64,000 nt of DNA from Lama glama (taxonomy: Eukaryota), in contig CM052816.1 of the NCBI GenBank assembly GCA_028534125.1, forward strand, positions 85,438,001 to 85,502,000, written 5' to 3'. Position numbers and translations under genes: made by a program. Positions within the stretch are counted from its first letter, which is position 1. Each line of letters starts with the position of its first letter. Shown one piece after another: positions 1 to 10,894 of the stretch. The notes under the pieces were generated by a model, which saw only the letters and a program-made list of their open reading frames with translations, was not told the DNA's origin and ran no database searches.

Positions 1-1650
1 CATGAAAAATGCCTAACTGCAGAAGGAGAATAAACCTTGGGACCCTAAAGTGTGGTAGTTAATCTATACTCTGAAAAACGATCTAGCAAAGAGAGATGGC
101 TACAAGCTAGCACAGATGGAAGTAAACATTGAGTTAATCAGCTGTGAGTTAAATAAATAAGAAATAAGACTCTTTTACTGAGAATGAAATAGATTCTCCC
201 ATAATAAGAGTAAAAAGTATTCCATTATTCAAAAGATTGTTTTTATGTTGAAAAAATAAGCAGGAAGAAAAACTTTATTACATTGTTTGTTAAAATAAGG
301 GATTTTGTTAGCCAGTTGGTAAGGAAAAACATCACGGTAAAAACTATCTGCATGCACAGTGGTGCTTTGAATATATCCTGAAAGCAATTTTCAGTGGAAG
401 AGTTACACTCTATAACATACAACCTTAACTGAAGGTTAGAGGCTTCTGTGGCACTTGAAGTAAGTTAAAAGTTGTACAGAAATGGCAGTATATATAAAAA
501 TCCATGAGCTGGTATAGTCACATAGACAAACAGTCCAAAGTGTCCATGTGTGTCATGATTGGAGTGGCTTCTTTAAGTACCAAAAGAAAATAAATCAGTA
601 AAGTAAGAATTTGTTTAAAATAACTTGGAAGATTAATGCCTATATTTATTGTATAAAAACAGTGTTAATTCACAACAGACATTTCTTGGCACATATTTAC
701 TTTTATAAAGAAATCACTTTTACCTTCTTTGTGGTTTTTACTTATCAGTTACTATCAGTCAGTTAAACTTATTAAAGCAAGAAGAGGATTCTTAGATTAC
801 CTTTATTTTGTTGCTTTTCAAAGGCTGTATGTAAAGAGGACAAGTGTTTTCACTGAATAATTGAATGTCCTATATATTAAACTTGCAGAGGTATAGAGTA
901 CCTTACGTTTGAGAAGATATGTGAGCCTAATTTTATTCTTATTTCATTAGGAATCTGACATTGGTACCTCAGGGACTTAGATTGTCATGAAAAGAAAGTT
1001 TCTTAAATTAGAAAAAAAGTAAATTTGAGTGCCTAAAAATGAATATTCAACTTGATTAAAATAAAAAATACAACAAGCCTTTACTTTCAAGGTCTCCATT
1101 AGAGAACCAGTTTTCTCTTAACAGTGATTTTTAAACTCATCTGAAGAAAGCTTCAAACAATATTTTGAATCACTTTAGTTCAACTCAGAGTTCCCAAGAA
1201 TAATTTATAAAAGTTTGAATTTCAGATATTGTAGACTAAAAAAGAAGAGCAGATCGTGATACTATAATAGCCAAATATTTTTAAAAGGTGACTTTTTGAA
1301 TAATTGTGCACTTTTTTTCATATAAAAGAAAGCAGCATGAACACATTATATTCAACTTTAATATTCTTTCACAATTTATAAAATTCAAACAATTTATAGT
1401 ATGCTGAAAACACAAACATCACTTTTGAGCAAATAAACCAAATTCAATGATTACTTAAAACTTAATGGTGGCAGAAGAAATGAAATTAAGTAACTTAAAT
1501 GTGTCTGTCTTCACATACATTTAGTTTTTATTGTTATTAATGAAATTGATCCCACATTATAATTAATATTAACTACAAATATAAGCATCATATACCATCA
1601 ATATTATTCAGTGAAAAAAGCAATGAATCATTCATGCTCAATTAGTCTTT

Positions 1651-1752
1651 TTTATAGCTTTATTAAGGTATAATTGTTATACCAAAAGCTACACATATTT
1701 AATGTATACAACTTGATGAGTTTGGACATATGCATATATCCATGATACCATG
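1651..1752 (-). mobile_element. Old L1 (L1MA/L1MB-like) 3' end fragment
   Basis: Antisense L1 terminus 'agctttattaaggtataattg...tatacaacttgatgagtttggacatatg'. Confidence 0.7.
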
Positions 1753-2522
1753 GTCAATTACTCTTAAGGACTCTGTGTATGCAAACTGTGTATGAGTTTT
1801 ACAAGCAAAAACTGAAAGCCATAAATTCCTCTACATGTAAAAAAAACTACTAGCTACTCTATCACTAACTAATAATCTAAAGTGAGAATAATAACACGTC
1901 CAATGCAAATAAGTTTTCCTCTTATTTGAAGGCTTCCTCAAAACAATCTGATTGAACCAGATTTTTCCAGCTTTCACGTAATTTTATAATTTTAAATTTG
2001 AAAAAAGTTATGACAGTTAAGACAAAACCTGGGGTCTTTACCTTCTGGGGTAACAAAATAATTTTAGAATATCTAACTTGTGGACTGTCTGTATTTGATT
2101 ATTATCTCACTTTCTGGAGATTATGTAAAACTGCATTTTATTTATTGTTGCATGTAATATAATTTTCGATAAACTGCAAATAAAACTGAAAATGCACATG
2201 TTTACAGTTAGCCATGGATGAAATGCAATGTGGTAAAATTCAATACAATTAGTTGATATGTCTCATTAATTTTAGGTTGATACAGTCAATATGTTTCACT
2301 ACATACATGTTTTTGGGTGGGAAAGACACCATTCTGAATTCAATCAAAGTACTGGTTATATATTTATTTTATTTGTATAAATAAAACTTTTATTTGGGAA
2401 TACTAATAGATTTAGATTTTAAAGCCTCAGTAGATATCATTGATTACATCTGGTTATTTATTAGTAAAAATTGTTTGGTAATTATATTTTGCATTAATAA
2501 GAATACATAAACATTTTTCGCT

Positions 2523-2952
2523 TGGAATGACAGCAGAACAACGTCCTCCAAAGAGGTCCTTGTCCTAATCCCTCAAACTTGTGAATGTTACTCTGTATGA
2601 CAAAATGGACTTTGCAGATTAAGTCAAGGATGTTGAGATGAGAAAATTATCCTGGTTTGTATCAGGAAGCAGGAAGTTCAGAGTCAGAGTGGGCGTGTAA
2701 TCAAGGACACAGAGGTTGGCAGGATGAGCTTTATAGGTGGAGAAAAGGCCCATGAGCCAAGGAACTCAGGCAGCCTCTAAAATCTGGAAAAGGCAAGGAA
2801 ATGAATTTCCCCCTAGAGCCTTCAGAAAGAATGCAGCCCTGCTGATGTATTTTAGGTACCTCTATCTCAGAACTGTAAGATAATCAATTTGTGTTGTTTC
2901 AAGGTACTAAGTTTGTAGTAATCTGTTAGGGCAGGAATGGTAAAGTAATACA
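2523..2952 (+). mobile_element. MaLR solo LTR, MLT1D-like
   Basis: 'gtcctaatccc...ggactttgcaga...aaggcaaggaaatgaatttccccctagagcc...ctgtaagataatcaatttgtgttgttt...taataca' follows the MLT1D consensus. Confidence 0.85.
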
Positions 2953-3206
2953 GCATCCTTGTTGACACTGTCTTAGGCCAGCATATTCAGAATTTTCTTC
3001 TCTTAAATTTGTCACAAATTCTGCTGTCCCTGCTTTTCTCTAAGGCAAAACTAGTAACATCCCCTCCCACTTTTTTTCCTTCTCTGGGGTTCCGTTGTGG
3101 TTTTGGCATGAAATATGTCTACTGTATCTTCTTGCCTATCCCTTGCCACATCAGAATGTTAACATAATTATTTTCATATATATAATATCTTTTTGTTTCT
3201 TACAAC

Positions 3207-3766
3207 TGTTACCCCAAAAGGTAAAGACCCTGGTTCTTGTCATACTTGAAAGACAAGTTTACAATCGGGAGATGGTACGTTGTGTAGCAAAAGATTTTAG
3301 AAGATTTATTTAAAAAAAGGAAAAGTACACCTCCAAGAATGGGATGCAGGCTGCTTCAAGGGAGGAAAAGCAGTGATTTTGGTCTCCCCTTTATCTTACA
3401 CCCTTGCTTCGAGGTGGTCTCTTGATTAATTGACAGCTCTTGCCCCCGAAATGTTTAGTCATGTTTGGCCCCTTTGCACATGTCCTTACCCATGGTGTAC
3501 ACACAGAAAAACCCATGGGTAGGGGGGATAGGGGCTAAACCATAATGTTAATTATAATACACTGAGCATTGGGTTGTGGCCGGTTAAGGCCTTCCTGCTA
3601 CCAGACAGTTGTGGCTGTCGGGTTTTAACTGGTTTCTTGCTGGCATTCCTTTAGAAGTAAAGTCCCTTTATGCTGGAGGTGGGCATCATGCCATCTTCTG
3701 GACCATCCTTCTTCTTCTCCTCTGTCTATCTGCCCGGTGCCCCCAGTTATCTAACTAGCTTATACA
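3207..3766 (-). mobile_element. ERV solo LTR (lineage-specific)
   Basis: TG...CA termini (tgtta...tataca), flanks acaac/acaaa (near-TSD), antisense AATAAA near 3305, GC-richer than flanks. Confidence 0.7.
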
Positions 3767-4274
3767 ACAAAGACCTAGTTTTCTAATTTTTTCTTCCTAG
3801 AAGACTTTATACTTTTCTTTTCCTGATTAAATTTTACCCATTCTTTAACACCCATCTCAGCAGTCAAAGTAATCTCTATTAATTGTCATGGGACCCTTCC
3901 TCTGAGGGACCATTAATTCCCATTAACTCTTTAGTACAGTGTCTCACACAACAAACACAATAAATCTGCTTTTAAATGTGAACTGAAATTATTTTTAAGT
4001 TAAAAAAATGTATAAAAATAATAAAAATAATGTTCTTTCTCTTTATACAATTTATCTCCAAAAATGTGCTATAACTACTTTTCAAGTATTATGCCGGCAG
4101 TTAATCAAAATAATAATGTAAGCATGTTTATTTAGTTACTATTTGACATGCTCCTTGGCAACCAACGATGTGTTGGGTCAAAATTATCTCCCTAAAAATA
4201 AGAATATTTGCTGTGCTTTTTCCTAATTTCCTAAAGAGTATAGAGTGAGTACAGAGGCTACAAAACATTGATAC

Positions 4275-4613
4275 CTTAACAGATTAAATGTGACAGCTGA
4301 CATAGGAATCCAATTGTCTTCTAATTGTCAGTCACGAAGGAGATTTGAAAAAAAATTAAATAAGCCTATTTTTCTCATTATTTTTATTTGATTGTAAATT
4401 ATAGTTTTCTTAAAACGTTATTTTGGTTAGTGTGCAATGGGTTTATTACTGATATTTTTAAATGAATAAATAAATAGCTTAAGTTTTCTCAGTTTTAATT
4501 TCTAATACAGTAAAGATTGACCTATATGACTCATCTAAATGAAAGTGCTTGAGGTTCTTAATAATTTTTAATAATTGAAAGGGGTCCTGAGACCAAAGAC
4601 ACTGAGCGCTGCT
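4275..4613 (+). mobile_element. hAT-Charlie1-like DNA transposon 3' end
   Basis: 'aatccaattgtcttcta...ttctcagttttaatttctaata...aaaggggtcctgagaccaaa' matches the Charlie1 terminal region. Confidence 0.75.
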
Positions 4614-4650
4614 GACACACACCAAAGTATAGATGTTGTACCAGTGGAAC

Positions 4651-5248
4651 TGAGACAGGATGGAAGGGGGCAGGGCACAGCCATTCAAGGAATGCTACAG
4701 CAATTAACATCAAAATGGTGAAAGATTCAACCCCCAGTAGGCCTTGAGGCTCAGGATGATGAGAGATTTAACTTCCAGCAGATCGTGAGCTTCATTATAT
4801 GCTCATTGTAATATATTAACATGGTGAATAACACGCCCACAGGCCCATGACGGTCCCAAGGCTAGCCACAAAGGGTCAAAGAGTGGGAAATGGCCAACTT
4901 CCTGGGAATCCCAGCCCATTCCCCAGGCTACTTAGACTGGTCCTTCCACTTACCAGCATACAAAGCCACCAAGCCCATAAAAACTAGCAACAGGGCACCT
5001 CACGGCTGCCTCTCTCTCCCTCTTCTGAGACGGCCGGCACTGAGCACCCAACCCCAACACGTCGTGGCCTTTCTCTTGCCTTTCAACTTATCTCTCTGAA
5101 TAAATCTACCTTTACTCAACTGTGGCTCGCTCTTGAATTCTTTCCTATGCGAAGCCAAGGACCCAAGCTTGGCTGGGCACATCCCAGGGGCTCAACCAAA
5201 TCCTGGCACACAGCCCTCCTCATGCCCCACATCTGTTTTCCTGCATCA
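4651..5248 (+). mobile_element. ERV1-type solo LTR, 598 bp
   Basis: TGAGA...CATCA termini, exact 4-bp TSD GAAC (4647-4650 / 5249-5252), AATAAA at 5099, U5-like 'ctcttgaattctttcct...gaagccaagg'. Confidence 0.88.
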
Positions 5249-5252
5249 GAAC

Positions 5253-5330
5253 TAATCCTAGCTGCACAGAAAAATCACCCAGGGAGCTTTTAAGAAGCAC
5301 TAATGCATAGGCTCCATCCCAAAAATTCTT
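5253..5330 (+). mobile_element. MER5-like hAT MITE fragment (its first bases lie at ~4642-4650, split off by the LTR)
   Basis: 'cagtgg | taatcctagctgcacagaaaaatcacccagggagcttttaa' resembles the MER5A start. Confidence 0.55.
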
Positions 5331-5917
5331 GTTACTCTTGGAAAAGATGTATGTTCAATTCTATTTTTCTTGTTTGTATGAGGCAGATGTGCTTGGTGGT
5401 GCTCCTATTTGCCTAACCATAGTGAGAGCAGAGAAACGTAACTTTATTGTGTATCTTCCATTTTCTTCACAGTCATGCAGCAAATATTTACAGAAGCCTT
5501 CAAAAATATAAAATGTAGGCTAGAAGAATTTGCAGGAAAAATTGAATGTTGAAGAGAGTGAATAGTTTAAACCATGATGCTGAGCAGGGATAACAATAGA
5601 AGTGACAAGAAAGGTGGATAAAATAGAGAATCAATTCTGCATTCAGCACCTGAGGATAGCTGAAATCACTGAAGAGACTGAATAATGACTTAACATAGTT
5701 TTCATGGGTAATGGTTGGTAGATTGAATAAATTTTAACAAGCTTGAGGAATTCCCTCCAGTAATCTCTGTGATGTTTCTAAAATGGAAAAATCCTGAGGT
5801 CGCATTATCCGTATTGTTATCTGAGGATTCATGCCACTTGAAAATAAAATGTGAAAGTCAGCTTTAAAGAATAGTTAAGCCTTGTACGGAGAGTTAAAAA
5901 ACTACCAAGTAGTGGGT

Positions 5918-6025
5918 TGGGAGGTATATAGTTCAGGGGTAGAGTGTGTGCTTGACCTATACAATGTCCTGGGTTCAATCCCCAGTGCCTCCATTAAGGG
6001 GAAAACAAAAAACAAAAAACAAAAA
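5918..6025 (+). mobile_element. tRNA-derived camelid SINE (Vic-1-like)
   Basis: A box 'tagttcaggggtaga', B box 'gggttcaatccc', A-rich tail, degenerate TSD ending caagtag. Confidence 0.85.
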
Positions 6026-6559
6026 TGAACAAGTAGACAAGACAGTTAACTGATGTATGTACCTTGAATAGCTATTATATGATACATCTATTATTAATTT
6101 ATCCTTTTAGGAGTACCTACATATTAATTGCCCTTTTAGCAGGTGCTGATAATATTTATATTTGAGTTGCATTCACATTCTCCATAAGGAAGTCAAATAT
6201 ACTTCTAGAATAATATTTCGCTAAGCTTACTCTTTGAACATCAAATACCATAATGCTCCTTACCCTTGGCAAACTTTAATTTCAGATGTTAATAAAAATA
6301 GAAAAGTGGTAAAACTCTTATATCTCCTGGTATTTTACTAGATTAACTTTAAACTATGGGGACTATCTTAAATTCTAGGTTTTACTTTATGTGTCTAGTT
6401 TAGTATCCACTATCAAAGTTAGTATTGTCAATGCAAATTTATATTTGGATAGTGTATACTTTTAGTATGTGAATCATGAAAATATGAACATGAAAAATTA
6501 TTTAAATCACCAAACCCATCTTCATAAAAGTTGCATCTGCAATGCGATGTTTATCTTTT

Positions 6560-6780
6560 TTAACAGTTGTTTAAAAATTTCTGAGATAGTGGTAGACTTA
6601 GAGATTTACAAAACTACTAAAGAGAGTTCCTGTTAATGCTTCATAGGGCCTCCCTTTATTTCAACATTTCACATAACCATAAAACATTAATCAAATTTAA
6701 GAAATCATCTTTAGTACAATACTATTAACTAAAATACAGAAGGTCTTTAGATTTATCATGTCTCCTGCTAATGTCTCCTT
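6560..6780 (-). mobile_element. Old L1 (L1MC/ME-like) 3' fragment
   Basis: Antisense 3'-UTR motifs 'aaagagagttcc...acataaccat...tacaatactattaactaaa'. Confidence 0.55.
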
Positions 6781-6804
6781 TAAAAAACAAACAAACAAAA
6801 AAAC

Positions 6805-7270
6805 ACTTCACTGAGATATGACTGACATATGAAAAGCTGTATACATTTAATGGCTACAACTTGATGAGTTTGGGGATAAGTAGACACCTGTGAAACCGTC
6901 ACCACCACCAAGCCCACAGACTCGGCTATCACCTCTCAAAGTTTCCTTCTAACCCTATGATGATGATGATGGTGATGATGATGATGTGTGTATGTGATAA
7001 GAACACTTACATAAGATCTACATCTTAGCAAATTTTAAGTACACGATAGAGCATTGTTAGTGCTAGGCACTAAGCTGGGTAGGATCTCCAGAACTTATTA
7101 TAACTGAAACTTGGTTCCCTTTGACCATTTACTCCCCATTTCCACCTCCTTGCAGCTCCTGGCAACAGCCATTCTACTCTCTGCTTCTGAGTGACTACTT
7201 TAAATACCTCATATGTATAGAATCATTCAGGCCTTTTGTGACTGGCCTATTTCACTTAGCAAAATGTCTT
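6805..7270 (-). mobile_element. L1MA/L1MB-like 3' end with an internal (GAT)n tract
   Basis: 'tacaacttgatgagtttgggg...cctggcaacagccattctactctctg...gactggcctatttcacttagca'. Confidence 0.8.
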
Positions 7271-7509
7271 CTGGGAAAACTGAGAACAGCCAGTGAGGCA
7301 GGTATGAAGAGCAACTCCCATGTTCGCAGCTTTAAGATGCTTTTATCAATTAATCTTATTATTACTAGCACTGCTTTTCATGTGTTGTGTGGGTTATTGT
7401 GTATCTTGACTCATCAGGGACTTTGATAATTTCCTACCACTGCACTGCTAACATCTTGTTAAACACTCACAACTTTTTACCTGATCTCCTTTTTTCTAGC
7501 TTTGCTAGA

Positions 7510-8085
7510 AAATCTTTAAAATCAGTTCATATGAATTTCAGTTCACAACTCTCCCATATCTTCTCAAAGTAAATATCAATGTCCTTTGAATGACCTGCAG
7601 GGTCTCATAGGATCTGAGCCCCCCTTTACCCTCTGAACTTATCCCTCGCTGCACCCTCATTTCTCTCTCCACTCTCATCTCAGGGGCAGGCCTCCCAGGT
7701 GTTCCTCACACACATCAGGCAAGCTCTTGTGTCAGTGTATTTACAGTTGCTATTCCTTCTGCCTGCAAATCTCTCTTCCCATATAACTACAATGAGGCAA
7801 CAATTCTTTCTGGTCTTTTGTCAAAAGAAACCTTCTCATTAATAATTCTTGGAATATCTGAAATTGTCTCCTTCTTCCCTATAATCCTTGTATGCTTATC
7901 CTGGTTTTTTGTATGTCTTATAGTCATCCTCACATGACATATATTTATCCTGACTATTTTCTGCATGCCCTAGCAGAATACAAGCTTCATGAAGGAAATA
8001 TTTTTTGTTTGGTTGGTCTCTTACTTTGTGTGTGGTTCCCAAACAGTGAGTCAGAACTATGCTTAACTGGATTAATTAACTAATG
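7510..8085 (+). mobile_element. L2 3' end
   Basis: L2-like 'ttgctattccttctgcctg...gaatacaagcttcatgaagg' and a degenerate tail. Confidence 0.6.
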
Positions 8086-8659
8086 TATTCCAGTTATTTA
8101 ATTGTGAATTTGAACTATATTTTAAAAAAAGAAATAAGCTCTTTTACGTGGAGTAACCAAATAAATGTTGAATACTGTTAACTTTATTTTGAACTTTAAC
8201 GTACTGTTTATTTATAGACTAGAAAGTAAGGGTATGCCCCCTAGGCCTTCAATTCCAAAACTGTTTTTCCTATTTACAACAAAACCCGAAAAAATATTCT
8301 TGTGCCTGCCGAAGAAGCTACTGTTTTCCCTAATGAATCCAGGTGTTCAGTTTAAGTGACTTTCATTAGATCACTCATGAGATAATCTTCAAATTGTCAT
8401 CATCAAACTTTTTTTAAATCCCAAGGATGTTTAATGTTAAAAGTGTTTAAGTGTTTCACATTAAAAGTGTACCATGATCCTTGCTAAACTTTAAAAAACA
8501 TTATTTCTCTCTTGTCAAAACTTTTAAAATATATTAATTAATATATTTATTCTTAACCATTTTGTAGAAAGAAGAATGCTTAGATAATAAATGACAATAG
8601 GCTTTGTGAAGATGCCAAACATTAAATGGAAACATTTCTACAGTGTTCCTATTTCAGTA

Positions 8660-8882
8660 GAGGGTTTGGCAAACTACCGCCTATGGTCCAAATCCAGGCT
8701 GCCACCTGTTTTTGTTAATAATGCTTTATTGGAACACAGCCAGACTCACTAGTTTATGTATTGTCTATGGCTGCTTTTGTGTTATAACAGTAGAGTTGAG
8801 TAATTGTAACAAAGACATGTGGTCTGCAAAGCTGAAAATATTTTCTATCTGACCCTATACAGAAAAAGTTTGCCAACCTCTG
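8660..8882 (+). mobile_element. MER58A hAT-Charlie MITE
   Basis: TIRs 'ggtttggcaaact' / 'agtttgccaacctctg' and internal 'tttattggaacacagcca...ttgtctatggctgcttt'. Confidence 0.9.
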
Positions 8883-9597
8883 TACTAGTACATGATGAGG
8901 GTTAAATTGTGTGAAATTGAAAGGAATAAAACTCTATGACTACCTTGAAATTTCTGGAACATTAAAGCCAGTTGTCACAAGCCCTATTTGCAAATAGACT
9001 CCTGGGGCTCCCAAGAGCAGTCAACATAGTAAAACATTAAAACTGAGAGTTAGCATGAAGTTTGGAATGCATTTTTGATTAAGAGTAGATCCAAATACTA
9101 TCTCAATGTTGGTATAAACAAGTGCATTTAAAAGAATTGTAAGAGACAAAAAAGTAAGGAACTATCAAGCTATATAGCCATTATTTTGTGTCACGATTTG
9201 CTGTGTCCCAAGGAGCATGAACATGTGCTACTTAATTGTTTCTCCGTTGTCAATCCCCAAAGTTTTATCAAAGTATGCTAATGCTTAAAAGCATTATGGG
9301 CCTAATAAAGAGATCTGTTAAACATCATATTTATCCTCATTTCTTAGAATATTTTAGCAGTCAGGTTTACCACATAAGAAAGAAAAGTAACAATCCTGAT
9401 AGTGTTTGTTAAAGGCAAACTATTTGGGTCACTTTTTGTTTATAGTGGTGGTAAGAAGAGGGAAAACCACAAAATGATAGAAAATGACAAAAACTGGAAT
9501 AATCATACAACTGACTTCAGTAAAATATGCATCATATAGCCCCAGGGGAAAGTACAAAAGTGTGAGAGGCACAGTGTGTCCAAATATTATCCTGTAA

Positions 9598-10100
9598 GTG
9601 TACCATCTACCCACTCTATAACAAAGCACCATAACATGTAGTATCTTAAGCTGATGACAATTTTTATTACTCATGGATCCATAATTTTGGCAGGAATCAG
9701 TGCAGAAAGCCCTGCTCCACTCTACATGGCATCACCTGGGGTTGTTCAAAGGACAGCAGAGGTATGGAAGCATCTGAATCCTCACACACTCACATGTCCA
9801 ATGGTTTGATGTTAGCTCTTAGCAGGAGCTTCACAAAAGGGCTTTCAACAAGGTCACCTCCATGTGACTACTTGGCCAGGCAGCCCTGGTGATTTGGTTC
9901 CAAAAGGGAGCATCTTGAGTGAGAACCAAGAAAAACTACATTGTCTTTTAGCTCTAGAAATCATATTTTTACCACTTCTGCCATGGATCAATATGAAGAT
10001 ACATTCATTCTACCATTCAATAGTACAGTAGCAAAGTTCTAAAAAAAAACACAGGAAACTGGAGGTATTGTGACCATTTTTGGAAAATGGAAACTGCCAT
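9598..10100 (-). mobile_element. MaLR LTR (MLT1F/G-like), diverged
   Basis: Antisense MLT1 architecture ending 'gaccatttttggaaaatggaaactgccata'. Confidence 0.55.
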
Positions 10101-10325
10101 ATGAGGGTAAAGTGTTATTTTAAGTATTATTCATGCCATCATGCATTTCAAATATTGTTGACATAAGAAAAATTGAATATGCTTGGCACTCTATTGCATC
10201 TTCTAAAAAAAATCTTGAAAAAAAGGCAAGAAGAAACTCATACAAGATTAGCAATCTAAAATGTTTATGCTAGTTATAAAATTCTGGTTTTTGAAGTGAA
10301 ACAAAAAAAAAAGTGAATGAAGGTC

Positions 10326-10500
10326 CGCAAATGGCAACATATCCTTCCTTCTTATGGGTGAGTTATATTCCATTACATATATATGCTGCATCTTCCTTAT
10401 CCACTCATCTATTGATGTGTACTTAGGATGCTTCCATATCTTGCCAATTATAAAGAATATTGCTGTTGATAGTGGAGTGTATGTATATTTTGAATTAATT
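10326..10500 (-). mobile_element. Inverted L1 ORF2-end/3'UTR segment
   Basis: 'gcaaatggcaa...tattccatt...catcttccttatccactcatctattgatg...ttccatatcttg'. Confidence 0.8.
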
Positions 10501-10699
10501 CTTATATTGTGGTTGGCTTTATTCCTTTGATAACTATGTAAGTTTAAAAAGCTAAAGGTCTAAATTCTTAGAAACAATGAACTGTACATATATGTAAATT
10601 ATAAAAATATGTGCAGTATACTGTGTATATGTATTTACATGCAATATATTGTATATGTGCAGTCAAACTGTAACAATTCTACCTAATAAAACTGAAAAA

Positions 10700-10894
10700 T
10701 GTAAAAATAGATAAACAACAAGGACCTACTGTATAGCACAGGGAGCTATATTCAATTTCTGGTAATGACATATAATGGAAAAGAATCTGAAAAGAAAATG
10801 CATATATGTATGTATATGTATAACTGAATCACTTTGCTGTACACCTGAAAATAACATTGTAAATCAACTAAAAAATTTGTAAAAACAAAAAAAA
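10700..10894 (+). mobile_element. Artiodactyl-type L1 3' end with poly(A)
   Basis: 'ataaacaacaaggacctactgtatagcacaggga...actgaatcactttgctgtacacctgaaa...ttgtaaatcaact' followed by an A tail. Confidence 0.9.
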
